Part shown: piece by piece, positions 8,989 to 17,366 of the stretch
How positions within the stretch are numbered: position 1 is the stretch's first letter
Layout: each line of letters begins with the position of its first letter
Origin: Betaproteobacteria bacterium
GTDB taxonomy: Bacteria; Pseudomonadota; Gammaproteobacteria; Burkholderiales; JACQAP01
Reading direction: 5' to 3'
Length of the DNA: 64,000 nt
Assembly: GCA_039931685.1 (NCBI GenBank)
Contig: JBDTRK010000003.1
Span: 5,990 to 69,989 of the forward strand
The notes under the pieces: model-generated
Told to the model about the DNA's origin: nothing
The model's database searches: none
Seen by the model: only the letters and a program-made list of their open reading frames with translations
Made by a program: the position numbers and the translations under genes

Positions 8989-9764
8989 ATGATCACCGAT
9001 CCTCTGTTCTATGCGCCTGCGATACCGGCGATCCTGATCACCGGCATTTCCAAGACTGGATTCGGCGGCGCGATGGGCGGCCTGGCGGTTCCGCTGCTGT
9101 CGCTGGTCATCCCGCCGGACGAAGCGGCCGGCATCATGCTACCGATCCTGTGCACCATGGATGTCATCGGCCTGCGGCGATTCGCAGGCTCCTTCGACTG
9201 GCCCAACCTGCGCATCATCCTGCCGGGCGCAGTCGTCGGCATCGTGCTGGGGACACTGTGTTTCGGCTTGCCGAACAAGGGCTGGCTGTTGCTTCTGGTC
9301 GGCGCGATCGGCGTGGGATTTCCGCTGCTCAACTGGAGCGGACTCGCGCGCCGCCAGCATCCCGCCGGTGTCTCGGCCATGAAAGGCGGCTTCTGGTCGG
9401 CGCTGTCGGGGTTCACCAGCTTCATCTGCCACAACCGCGGGGTGCCGCTGCCGGTCTACCTGATGTCACAACAGCTGGAGCGAAAATGCTTCGTGGGCAC
9501 GACCATAATGTTTTTCCTGGCGGTGATTTACGTCAAGCTCATACTCTATAATTTTCTCGGCCAGCTTCGTCCACGAATCTGCTCACTGCTTTCGTGCTGC
9601 TGCCGCCGGCTCCGCTCGGCGTCTACCTCGGCCTGTGGATGCAGCACCGCATCACGGATGCCATGGTATATCGCTGGGCCAACATCCTGTTGTTCGTCAC
9701 CGGATGGAAACTTATCTGGGACGGCATTTCGATGCTTATCGCGCACGGTGTGCCGTACGCCTGA
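8989..9764 (+). pseudogene. TauE/SafE-family anion exporter with an apparent frameshift
   Basis: The TauE-like TM pattern runs to ...KLILYNFLGQL. The plausible continuation STNLLTAFVLLPPAPLGVYLGLWMQHRI...GVPYA* lies in another frame (stop 9762-9764). The in-frame continuation is Cys/Arg-rich nonsense. Confidence 0.65.
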
Positions 9765-10019
9765 GTTGAGCGCACTGGTCGGGTGCCCACAACAGGCAAA
9801 TGCACCAGAGCGTGGCGGATCGCGCTCAAACTTGTCGCACCGATGAATCCCATCGTAATGTACGTGTTTTTCTCTTACAGACTACAGACGCAGGTGTACT
9901 ATTGCCGTGCGCAAAAATGATGGATCTCGTTCGATCCAGCACAACACGCGCGAATGGAAACGGCGTCTAAAAATCGCCGGCACTTTTTCCGGGTTGAAGT
10001 CATTTTGGGAAGGAAAACC

Positions 10020-11723
10020 ATGAAATTACGTATGTCGCACTCTGTATTGCGCAGCGCACGCACCTGGCTGCCGGCGCTTGCAATCGCCCTGACCACAGGT
10101 AATGCGCTGGCGCAAGGCGTCACCGACGAAATGCTGATCAACGCGCACAAGGAGTCAAACAACTGGCGCATGGTCGGTCGGGATTACATGAGCACGCGCT
10201 TCAGCCCGTTGAGCCAGGTCAGCACCAAAAACGTCAAGCGCCTGGTGCCAATGTGGACGTTTTCGTTCGGCGTGCTCGATGCGCAAAACACCACGCCACT
10301 TATCCATAACGGCGTCATGTATGTAACGGCGTCCCATGGTCGTACTTTTGCAGTCAACGCCAAAACCGGCGCGATGATGTGGCAGTACAACCATCCGTTA
10401 CCGGAAGACGCCGGCAAGCTCATGTGCTGCGATATCGGCAATCGCGGCGCCTCCCTGTACGGCGACAAGGTTTTCGTTACCACACCCGACGCACACGTCG
10501 TAGCGCTGGACATGAAGACCGGCAAGCCGGTATGGGACGTATCGCTTGGCGACTACAAGAACGCGTATTCGATGACCGTGGCACCGCTGATCGTCAAAGG
10601 AAAAGTGATCGTCGGCCTGTCTGGTGCGGAGTATCCGACGCGACTGTTCATCGAAGCGCTCGACGCGAATACCGGCAAACAGGTCTGGCGGCGCTACACG
10701 ATCCCCGCGCCGGGTGAAGCTGGCTCGGACAGCTGGGGAACCGACCCGGAAAATCTGAAGTTCGGCGGTGCGTCGGCCTGGATCACCGGTTCCTACGACC
10801 CGGCGCTCAACACGGTCTATTGGGGCACCGGCAACCCGAATCCCGATTGGGACGGCGTGGGACGCGAAGGCGACAATCTTTATTCCAATTCCACGCTGGC
10901 ATTGGACCCGGATACCGGGGCAATCAAGTTCCACTTCCAGTACACGCCGCACGACGTCTGGGATTTCGACGGCGTCAACGAGCACATCCTGGCGGATGTG
11001 GGCGGGAAGAAAGTTTGGCTGCACGGGGATCGCAACGGCTTCCTCTACAGCATCGATCGCACCAACGGCAAGTTCAATTACGGCAAGGAAATCTCCAAGG
11101 TGAACTGGATGTCCGGATTCACGCCGGAAGGCCGTCCCATCGTCAATCCCGACAAGGTTCCTACCTACGACTACGAAGCGAAGGACATCTGTCCTGCTTC
11201 CGAAGGCGGAAAATGGTGGAACCCGATGAGCTATAGCCCTGCCAAACAGATGGTATTCATACCCAGCCGGGAGATCTGCACCGACATCAAGAGTGCCAAG
11301 GGCGAGCGCGCCGAGGGCAAACCGCATTGGGGCATCGGCAGCATCAAGTGGAACAAGGGACACGGACAGCTGGTTGCGTTCGATGCAAAGAGCGGAAACA
11401 AAAAGTGGACCGTGGAAGCGCCGTCGCCATTCATGAGCGGCGTGCTGACCACCGGCGGTGGCTTGGTATTCGCAGGAACCCCGGAAGGCGAATTCAAGGC
11501 CTATGACCAGGACAACGGCAAGGAACTGTGGTCATACCAGACCGGCTCCGGCATTGTCGGCAGTCCGGTTAGTTATTTCATCGACGGTAAACAGTACATT
11601 GCCGTGCCCTCGGGCTTTGGCGGATGGACCGGTTGGGCAACCATCGGGGGCGGTGGTGCGCCTCAACTCAAGGACAGCCGCAAAGGCGGTTACGTGACCG
11701 TGTTCGGTCTGTTCGACCAGTAA
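10020..11723 (+). CDS. PQQ-dependent dehydrogenase, methanol/ethanol family
   Basis: Signal peptide, vicinal Cys-Cys (LMCCDIGNRG, 10425-10430), GTGNPNPDW, and W-rich propeller repeats. HDVWDFDGVNE has Asp at the position used for lanthanide binding in XoxF/PedH-type enzymes. Confidence 0.9.
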   Translation: MKLRMSHSVLRSARTWLPALAIALTTGNALAQGVTDEMLINAHKESNNWRMVGRDYMSTRFSPLSQVSTKNVKRLVPMWTFSFGVLDAQNTTPLIHNGVMYVTASHGRTFAVNAKTGAMMWQYNHPLPEDAGKLMCCDIGNRGASLYGDKVFVTTPDAHVVALDMKTGKPVWDVSLGDYKNAYSMTVAPLIVKGKVIVGLSGAEYPTRLFIEALDANTGKQVWRRYTIPAPGEAGSDSWGTDPENLKFGGASAWITGSYDPALNTVYWGTGNPNPDWDGVGREGDNLYSNSTLALDPDTGAIKFHFQYTPHDVWDFDGVNEHILADVGGKKVWLHGDRNGFLYSIDRTNGKFNYGKEISKVNWMSGFTPEGRPIVNPDKVPTYDYEAKDICPASEGGKWWNPMSYSPAKQMVFIPSREICTDIKSAKGERAEGKPHWGIGSIKWNKGHGQLVAFDAKSGNKKWTVEAPSPFMSGVLTTGGGLVFAGTPEGEFKAYDQDNGKELWSYQTGSGIVGSPVSYFIDGKQYIAVPSGFGGWTGWATIGGGGAPQLKDSRKGGYVTVFGLFDQ

Positions 11724-11741
11724 TCGCTCGTCAAGAACCGG

Positions 11742-11772
11742 GAAGCGGCGACATGTTCGCCGCTTCTTTTTT
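11742..11772 (+). terminator. rho-independent terminator/attenuator between the dehydrogenase and cytochrome c genes
   Basis: Hairpin gaagcggcg-acatgtt-cgccgcttc followed by tttttt. Confidence 0.65.
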
Positions 11773-11790
11773 GATACCGGGAAGAATTAA

Positions 11791-12174
11791 ATGCTTAGTA
11801 ATTCCGAATTGCGGTGTTACACCGCGGCGCTGTGTGCGGCGCTGCTGCTGGTGAATCCTGCGCAAGCAGAGGACGAACTGAGGAATCCATTTGCAGGGGA
11901 CGCGGCAGCCGCGGCAGAAGGAAAGCGAATTTTCCTCAAAACCGGTTGCTACGCCTGCCACGGCCATGAAGCCGAAGGCGCGGTCGGGCCTGATTTGACC
12001 GATGACGAATGGATTTACAAACCGACCGATGCGATGATTTTCAATACCATCGCCAAGGGACGCCGGGGTACGGTAATGGCTCCGTTTGGGGACCAACTCA
12101 TGCCGGAAGAAATCTGGAAAATTGTCGAATTTCTGCGTGACAAGAACCGTCAGCGGCACCTGAACGGGAAATAA
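11791..12174 (+). CDS. class I c-type cytochrome
   Basis: Signal peptide and a single CYACH haem motif, with a distal Met (GTVMAPFG). It sits directly after the quinoprotein dehydrogenase. Confidence 0.8.
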   Translation: MLSNSELRCYTAALCAALLLVNPAQAEDELRNPFAGDAAAAAEGKRIFLKTGCYACHGHEAEGAVGPDLTDDEWIYKPTDAMIFNTIAKGRRGTVMAPFGDQLMPEEIWKIVEFLRDKNRQRHLNGK

Positions 12175-12539
12175 CCCCGGCAGGCCCCCGCCCACCGTTC
12201 AGAACGGACGTCCCATCGGCAGCCGGACGTACAGACCCAGGCCGGCCGTAAGCGCGCCTTCCGGTTCGCCGACGCTCGATCGATCGACGTAAACGTGCGC
12301 ATTGATCCGCTCGAAGATCAGGCCATCACGCTGCAGGGCCGCCGGTCCGGGGTTGCGCCCTGTTCGTGGATGCGCGCCGCTAAAGCCAGCTGGATCCAGC
12401 GGTATGGGCTAATTTCCGGCTCGATGGGCAGCGCCGTGCGGGATTCCATGTTAATCCGTCGCCCGGGACAGCGCATCCAGTCCGGCTTTCGCGATGGCTC
12501 GAAGGTCCAGGGCGTCTACGCTGGGGGCACGTGCGCCGC

Positions 12540-12791
12540 TCAGCTCAGGAAGCCGACGGACCGCGGCAGCCACAACGCGATTCGCGGAAATGCAGGCATC
12601 AGCAGTAACCCGATCAGCCGCGGCACGACGAACGCAATGATGCCGCGATAGATATGTCCCATGCCGATTGAGGATGGCACGGTGCCTTTCATGTAGAACA
12701 GCGTAAAGCCGAATGGCGGTGTCAGGAGTGAGGTCTGCAGATTCACCGACATCATGATCACGAGCATGATCGACGGCGGATTCAGCGCCGT
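12540..12791 (-). pseudogene. C-terminal remnant of a TRAP-type (DctM-like) permease
   Basis: ALNPPSIMLVIMMSVNLQTSLLTPPFGFTLFYMKG...IYRGIIAFVVPRLIGLLLMPAFPRIALWLP matches only the last ~80 residues of DctM-like permeases. It starts immediately after the amidohydrolase stop codon and has no N-terminal part. Confidence 0.55.
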
Positions 12792-13655
12792 TCAGTAATC
12801 GAATCGAATAGGCTGATGCCACCAGTGTTCGAACGGATTCGAGTGCAGGATGCCTTCGATCACCTCCCCGGAGATGCGCGGCAAGCCGGTGCCCTCGACC
12901 ACCTTGTTGACGTTGCGCAAGCCGTCGATGCTCTCTTGCACACCGGAAAAGGGAAAGTCCGTTCCGAAGAATATCTTGTCGGTCATGCGGTACTCCTGCG
13001 CGCAGGCGAGGATGTTCCAGAACTGCCACGGCCGGTAGAACAGCGCGGAAATTTCGCAATACACGTTGGGCTGCTTCCTCACCACCGCAATGGTCTCCTC
13101 ATACCAGGGATGGCCCATGTGCGCACAGATCATCTTCAGGCTGGGGTAACGCAACGCGACCGGCTCGACGTGGATGGCGCGGCCCAGTTCGATCGGCGCG
13201 TTGCGCGCGAAGGTGGTGCCCATGTGCATCGTGAGCGGCAAGTCGTGCTGCACGCAGTATTCGTACACCGGCGTCATGCGCGCATCGGATAACGGCACGC
13301 CGTTGTAGATCGGCCCGTATTTGACGCCGCGCAACTTCAGGTCTTCGATCGCGTGCACCAGCCGGTCCATGTAGTCCGGGCGGCGCGGGTCGACGTAGGC
13401 AAAACCGGTGAACTTCGACGGATACCTGGCCACGCACGCAGCGCTGGTTTCATCGTCGCTTTCGATGCCGCCGCTATCGCCGTAACGGATCGGGAAGACG
13501 ATCGCCTTGCCGACGTCACGCATGGCCTCATACAAAGTGTCGGCGTCGGCGAGCAGACCCGGCGCGCCGTCCGGTCGCACCCGCGCCATCTGCTCGCGCC
13601 ACAGCGCGGCGAGCTGGTCGTGATTCCAGATGTTGACATGGCAATCCACGATCAT
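12792..13655 (-). CDS. amidohydrolase-2 family protein (ACMSD-like metal-dependent hydrolase/decarboxylase)
   Basis: MIVDCHVNIW...; HMG / AHMGHPW / GTDFPF motifs. GAGGAG lies upstream of the ATG at 13655. Confidence 0.8.
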   Translation of the reverse strand: MIVDCHVNIWNHDQLAALWREQMARVRPDGAPGLLADADTLYEAMRDVGKAIVFPIRYGDSGGIESDDETSAACVARYPSKFTGFAYVDPRRPDYMDRLVHAIEDLKLRGVKYGPIYNGVPLSDARMTPVYEYCVQHDLPLTMHMGTTFARNAPIELGRAIHVEPVALRYPSLKMICAHMGHPWYEETIAVVRKQPNVYCEISALFYRPWQFWNILACAQEYRMTDKIFFGTDFPFSGVQESIDGLRNVNKVVEGTGLPRISGEVIEGILHSNPFEHWWHQPIRFDY

Positions 13656-13734
13656 GATGGCTCCTCGCATCGCGTTACGCGCGGCAACGCCGGATTGTCA
13701 GGCTCCGGACAGCGGGCCCCGGACTCCTGGGTTA

Positions 13735-14418
13735 CTAGCGGACGACCCACCCGCCACATAGGGGGAACACCTGGCCGACGAAGCAATTCGCCGGCTCGCT
13801 GCACAGGTAGGCAGCGAATTCCGCGTCCTCGCGCGCGCCAACCAGCCGGCCGAGCGGCACTTCGCGCTTGAGCCGTTCCTGGAAGCGTGGATTGGTCTGA
13901 ACATCGGGCGGAAAGTAGGTCGGATTTTCCACGAAATTCTGCGCGATGGCATTGACCTGCAAATTATGTATAGCCACTTCCACGCCAACCGCCTGCACAT
14001 AGGCAAGTTGGGCGCCGCGCGCTGCGCTGTATGTCGAAGTACGCTTCATGCCCCGCAATGCGGACGCACTGCCCATCAGCAGAATCTTGCCGGATTGCCG
14101 CGCGATCATTTGCGGCAGAACCGCTCTCACTAGTCGAGGTAGCGGATCGACCAGGGCGGTGAACGTATCCGTCCATTCTGCGTCGGACACTTCGGTCGCG
14201 GCGGTCGTCGGCGCGGGGATCGCCAGGTTCACGACCAGTACGTCGATATGACCTGTGGCGGCCACCAGGGCGGCAGGTGCGCCAGGATCGAGCAGCAACG
14301 CGGTGCTTGCGATCACTGCAGCGCCATGCTCGCTGAACACCTCGCACAGCATCGGGCCCATGAAGGCATCGGCCTGCGTCACGAGTACGCGCTTGTCCTG
14401 CAGATTGCCGGTGGGCAT
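13735..14418 (-). CDS. SDR-family oxidoreductase
   Basis: 227 aa. Rossmann N-terminus, and STYSAARGAQLAYVQAV (YxxxA/K region) typical of short-chain dehydrogenases. Confidence 0.8.
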   Translation of the reverse strand: MPTGNLQDKRVLVTQADAFMGPMLCEVFSEHGAAVIASTALLLDPGAPAALVAATGHIDVLVVNLAIPAPTTAATEVSDAEWTDTFTALVDPLPRLVRAVLPQMIARQSGKILLMGSASALRGMKRTSTYSAARGAQLAYVQAVGVEVAIHNLQVNAIAQNFVENPTYFPPDVQTNPRFQERLKREVPLGRLVGAREDAEFAAYLCSEPANCFVGQVFPLCGGWVVR

Positions 14419-14482
14419 GGGTCGTAGCGGTCAGTGTTGTTTGCTGGAGGGTCGAGGTGAAAATAGCGTGTTTGCTCCGGAC

Positions 14483-14878
14483 TCACACCGCGGTCGTGGC
14501 TATGGCCTCGATGGCCACGAGCACGCCAGGAATGTCGGCGCCAAAGCGCGCCATCGCGCGCGCCGGCTTCGGCCCAGGAAAGAATTCCGCATAGGCCTCA
14601 TTCATCTCCTTGTACAAGTCCGTGCGCACCAGCAGGACCGTGATCTTCACAACGCGATCGAGCGAACTGCCGGCCGCTTCGAGGATCATTTGCACGTTGC
14701 GCAGCGATTGCCGCGTCTGTTCCTGCATGGTCGTGCCCACGATCTCGGTCGGGCCGCCGCCGGGGCGCACCGGGATCTGCCCGGAAACGAAGACGAAGCC
14801 GTTTGCGACGACGGCGTGCGAATAGGGGGAATGCGGCGCGGGATAGCCGGGAATGTCGGTGATGTGACGTGTTGTCAT
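14483..14878 (-). CDS. RidA/YjgF-family protein
   Basis: 131 aa. PYSHAVVANGFVFVSGQIP ... ARAMARFGADIPGVLVAIEAIA is the RidA signature. Confidence 0.85.
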   Translation of the reverse strand: MTTRHITDIPGYPAPHSPYSHAVVANGFVFVSGQIPVRPGGGPTEIVGTTMQEQTRQSLRNVQMILEAAGSSLDRVVKITVLLVRTDLYKEMNEAYAEFFPGPKPARAMARFGADIPGVLVAIEAIATTAV

Positions 14879-14931
14879 GGGATTCCTTTAACCAATTAGA
14901 TTCGTCAAGGCCGGGCGTTGATTCATCAAGT

Positions 14932-15954
14932 TTACTCGACATCCACTGCCCGGCCGCTACACAGCGATTGCGTTAGGGCGATACCGATGCGTGTTGCTTC
15001 GGTTGCATCGCGCAAGGTCAGTGGCAGCGGCAGGTCGCCGAGTACGGTATCGACGAATGCCTGGGCTTCGAGCTGGAAGGCTTCGGCGAAACGTTCGTAG
15101 AAGGTCGGCGTGCACTGGTTGCGCACGCCGTGCGCATCGGAAATTTCGACACGGTCGATGCGCGGATTCTGCCCGACCATCAGCCGCCCTTGTGTGCCAA
15201 TGATTTCGGACAAGGTCTCGTGGCCATGCGCCATGGTCCGCGATGCATAGAAACAGGCGATCTGGCCGTCGCCGAATTCGCAGATCGCCACGCCATTGTC
15301 CACGTCGCCGCACTCGGCCAGGCCTTTGTGGATGGCGATCGTGCCGGCGGCATAGACGCGTTTTGCGCCGCCTGCTCCGAGGAACCAGCGCGCGACATCG
15401 ATATCGTGCACGCTCATGTCGAGCATGGCGCCGCCACTCGTGGGGGCGAATCGCACGAAAAATCCGCTCGGATCATTCTGGTCGGCGGTCTGAGAACGCA
15501 CCAGGAAGGGCCTGCCGATCAGGCCGGCCTCAACCTTGTCGTGTGCATCACGATAGCTCGGGTCGAAGCGGCGTACGAAGCCGATCATGACCTTCAGCTT
15601 CGGGTACTTTGCCGCCTCCTGTTCCACCCGCAGGCAATCCGGGATGTTCAGCGCGAGGGGCTTTTCCGAGAACACGTGCTTGCCTGCCTGCAACCCCTGG
15701 ATGATCTGGTCGGCATGCAGCGTCGTGGGCGTCACCAGAAACACAGCATCGAGTCCCGGGTGTGCAAGGAGATCCTTGTAGTCGCGGTACTGATGGCTGA
15801 CGCCGAGTTTTTCCTTCGCCCATGCGAGTTCGCTTTCGACCGGACTGCAGGCCGCGACAAGTTGCGCGCCGAGCGTGCGATGCGCGAGATTCATGGCATG
15901 GCGCTGTCCCATACGGCCGATTCCGGCGATACCGATGCGAAGTGGAGCATTCAT
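14932..15954 (-). CDS. Gfo/Idh/MocA-family oxidoreductase (inositol 2-dehydrogenase-like)
   Basis: LRIGIAGIGRMGQRHA Rossmann motif and HVFSEKPLAL (EKP motif). 340 aa. Confidence 0.85.
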   Translation of the reverse strand: MNAPLRIGIAGIGRMGQRHAMNLAHRTLGAQLVAACSPVESELAWAKEKLGVSHQYRDYKDLLAHPGLDAVFLVTPTTLHADQIIQGLQAGKHVFSEKPLALNIPDCLRVEQEAAKYPKLKVMIGFVRRFDPSYRDAHDKVEAGLIGRPFLVRSQTADQNDPSGFFVRFAPTSGGAMLDMSVHDIDVARWFLGAGGAKRVYAAGTIAIHKGLAECGDVDNGVAICEFGDGQIACFYASRTMAHGHETLSEIIGTQGRLMVGQNPRIDRVEISDAHGVRNQCTPTFYERFAEAFQLEAQAFVDTVLGDLPLPLTLRDATEATRIGIALTQSLCSGRAVDVE

Positions 15955-15977
15955 CGAGGCGATCTCCTTAAAACAAT

Positions 15978-16178
15978 GCTCACCGCAGAGGACGCGGAGG
16001 ACGCGGAGGAAAGAAAAGGGCGATAAAGCATTGTCGTGTAAGAAGCGTTCATTGGCCTATGACCCGTTGTAGCGAAGTTGGCGGCACTATCCGTGATCAG
16101 CCACACCACCCATATCCCCAGTCTGCCCTTCCTCGTTCTTGCTCTTCCTCCGCGTTCTCCGCGTCCTCTGCGGTGAGC
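15978..16178. repeat. MITE-like palindromic element, copy B
   Basis: Arms gctcaccgcagaggacgcggaggacgcggaggaa and ttcctccgcgttctccgcgtcctctgcggtgagc match at 33 of the first 34 positions. A-tract on the left, T-tract on the right. Core at 16046-16086. Confidence 0.8.
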
Positions 16179-16200
16179 GTTTTTTTGCATTAGGACGCAG

Positions 16201-17187
16201 CTAGAGCGTGACGATGCGGCCTTCCTGCCAGGAGCGCGTCGCCGCATCGGCGAGTTCGAGCGCCTTGACGCCATCTGCAAGTGTGGTGCGTACGGGCTTG
16301 CCGTGCGCCAACGCATCGAAGAAGTGCGCAATTTCGAGCGCGTACGCAGCACGGTAGCGTTCGAGGAAGAAATGCTCGGGCTTGTCCTCACTCACGTTCA
16401 CGGCCGTATGCGCAAAAACCTGCGTAGGCTTGTGATTGCCAGCCTGCAGCTGCCCCTTCGCGCCGAGTACTTCGAAGCGCTGATCGTAGCCGTAGGCGGC
16501 GCGGCGGGAGGTATTGATCTGGCACAGGCGGCCGGCCTTCGTGCGAAGGGTCAGCGCCGTTGAATCGACGTCGCCGGCTTCGCCGATTTCCTTCTGCACC
16601 AGGCAGCTGCCGGTGGCGTAGACGCTGTGCGCCTCGTCGTCGAGTATCCAGCGAAAGACGTCGAAATCGTGGATCAGCATGTCCTTGAAGATGCCGCCGG
16701 AGACCTTGATGTAGCTGACCGGTGGCGGGCCGGGATCGCGGCTGGTGATGATGAGCATTTCGGGATTGCCGATTTCGCCAGCGTCCAAGCGCTGCTTCAG
16801 GGACGAGAAGGTCGGATCGAAGCGTCGCTGGAACCCGATCATGCACAAGACTCCGGCCTTCGCCACAACGTCGATGCACGCGCGTGCGCGATCGAGGGCG
16901 AGATCCACCGGCTTTTCGCAGAATATCGCCTTGCCCGCGGCGGCGGCCCGCATGATCAGGTCAGCGTGTGTATCCGTGCTCGAAGCAATGACGACGGCTT
17001 TGACCGCCGCATCCTTCAGAGCGGCCTCAGCATCGGCCATTTTCGCACCGTGACGTTGCGCCAGCTCGCCTGCGGCCGCGGCATTCACATCCACGACGTA
17101 GCGCATTCTGACTCCGGGTTGCGCCGCCAGGTTCGCGCCGTGGATCTTGCCGATGCGCCCGGCGCCGAACATCGCCACTTCGATCAT
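16201..17187 (-). CDS. iolG: inositol 2-dehydrogenase
   Basis: MIEVAMFGAGRIGKIHG...IFCEKPVDL...GFQRRFDP. The ATG at 17187 is preceded by GGGGGA. The longer listed ORF extension is non-coding-like. Confidence 0.8.
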   Translation of the reverse strand: MIEVAMFGAGRIGKIHGANLAAQPGVRMRYVVDVNAAAAGELAQRHGAKMADAEAALKDAAVKAVVIASSTDTHADLIMRAAAAGKAIFCEKPVDLALDRARACIDVVAKAGVLCMIGFQRRFDPTFSSLKQRLDAGEIGNPEMLIITSRDPGPPPVSYIKVSGGIFKDMLIHDFDVFRWILDDEAHSVYATGSCLVQKEIGEAGDVDSTALTLRTKAGRLCQINTSRRAAYGYDQRFEVLGAKGQLQAGNHKPTQVFAHTAVNVSEDKPEHFFLERYRAAYALEIAHFFDALAHGKPVRTTLADGVKALELADAATRSWQEGRIVTL

Positions 17188-17366
17188 GTCTCCCCCTGGA
17201 AAAGCTTGTCGTTCTGCGCGCCGATTGCTGCAATGCGATGCGAGCGCATTGTCATTTAGGGTGCCGGAAGATTGTACGAAGTTTTGGGCAAGGTGGAAAA
17301 TATCGCCAGCAACTCGACCTATCAAGCACTGCACGGTCATCGATAAAGGGCAAATGGGAGGCACGC

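Noticed and set aside
9975-10010. Possible sigma-54 promoter (cggcac-N5-ttcc) upstream of the PQQ dehydrogenase.
   Set aside because: It lacks the TGGCAC-N5-TTGC core (no TTGC element). The sequence is better described as a small hairpin (ccggcacttttt ccggg).
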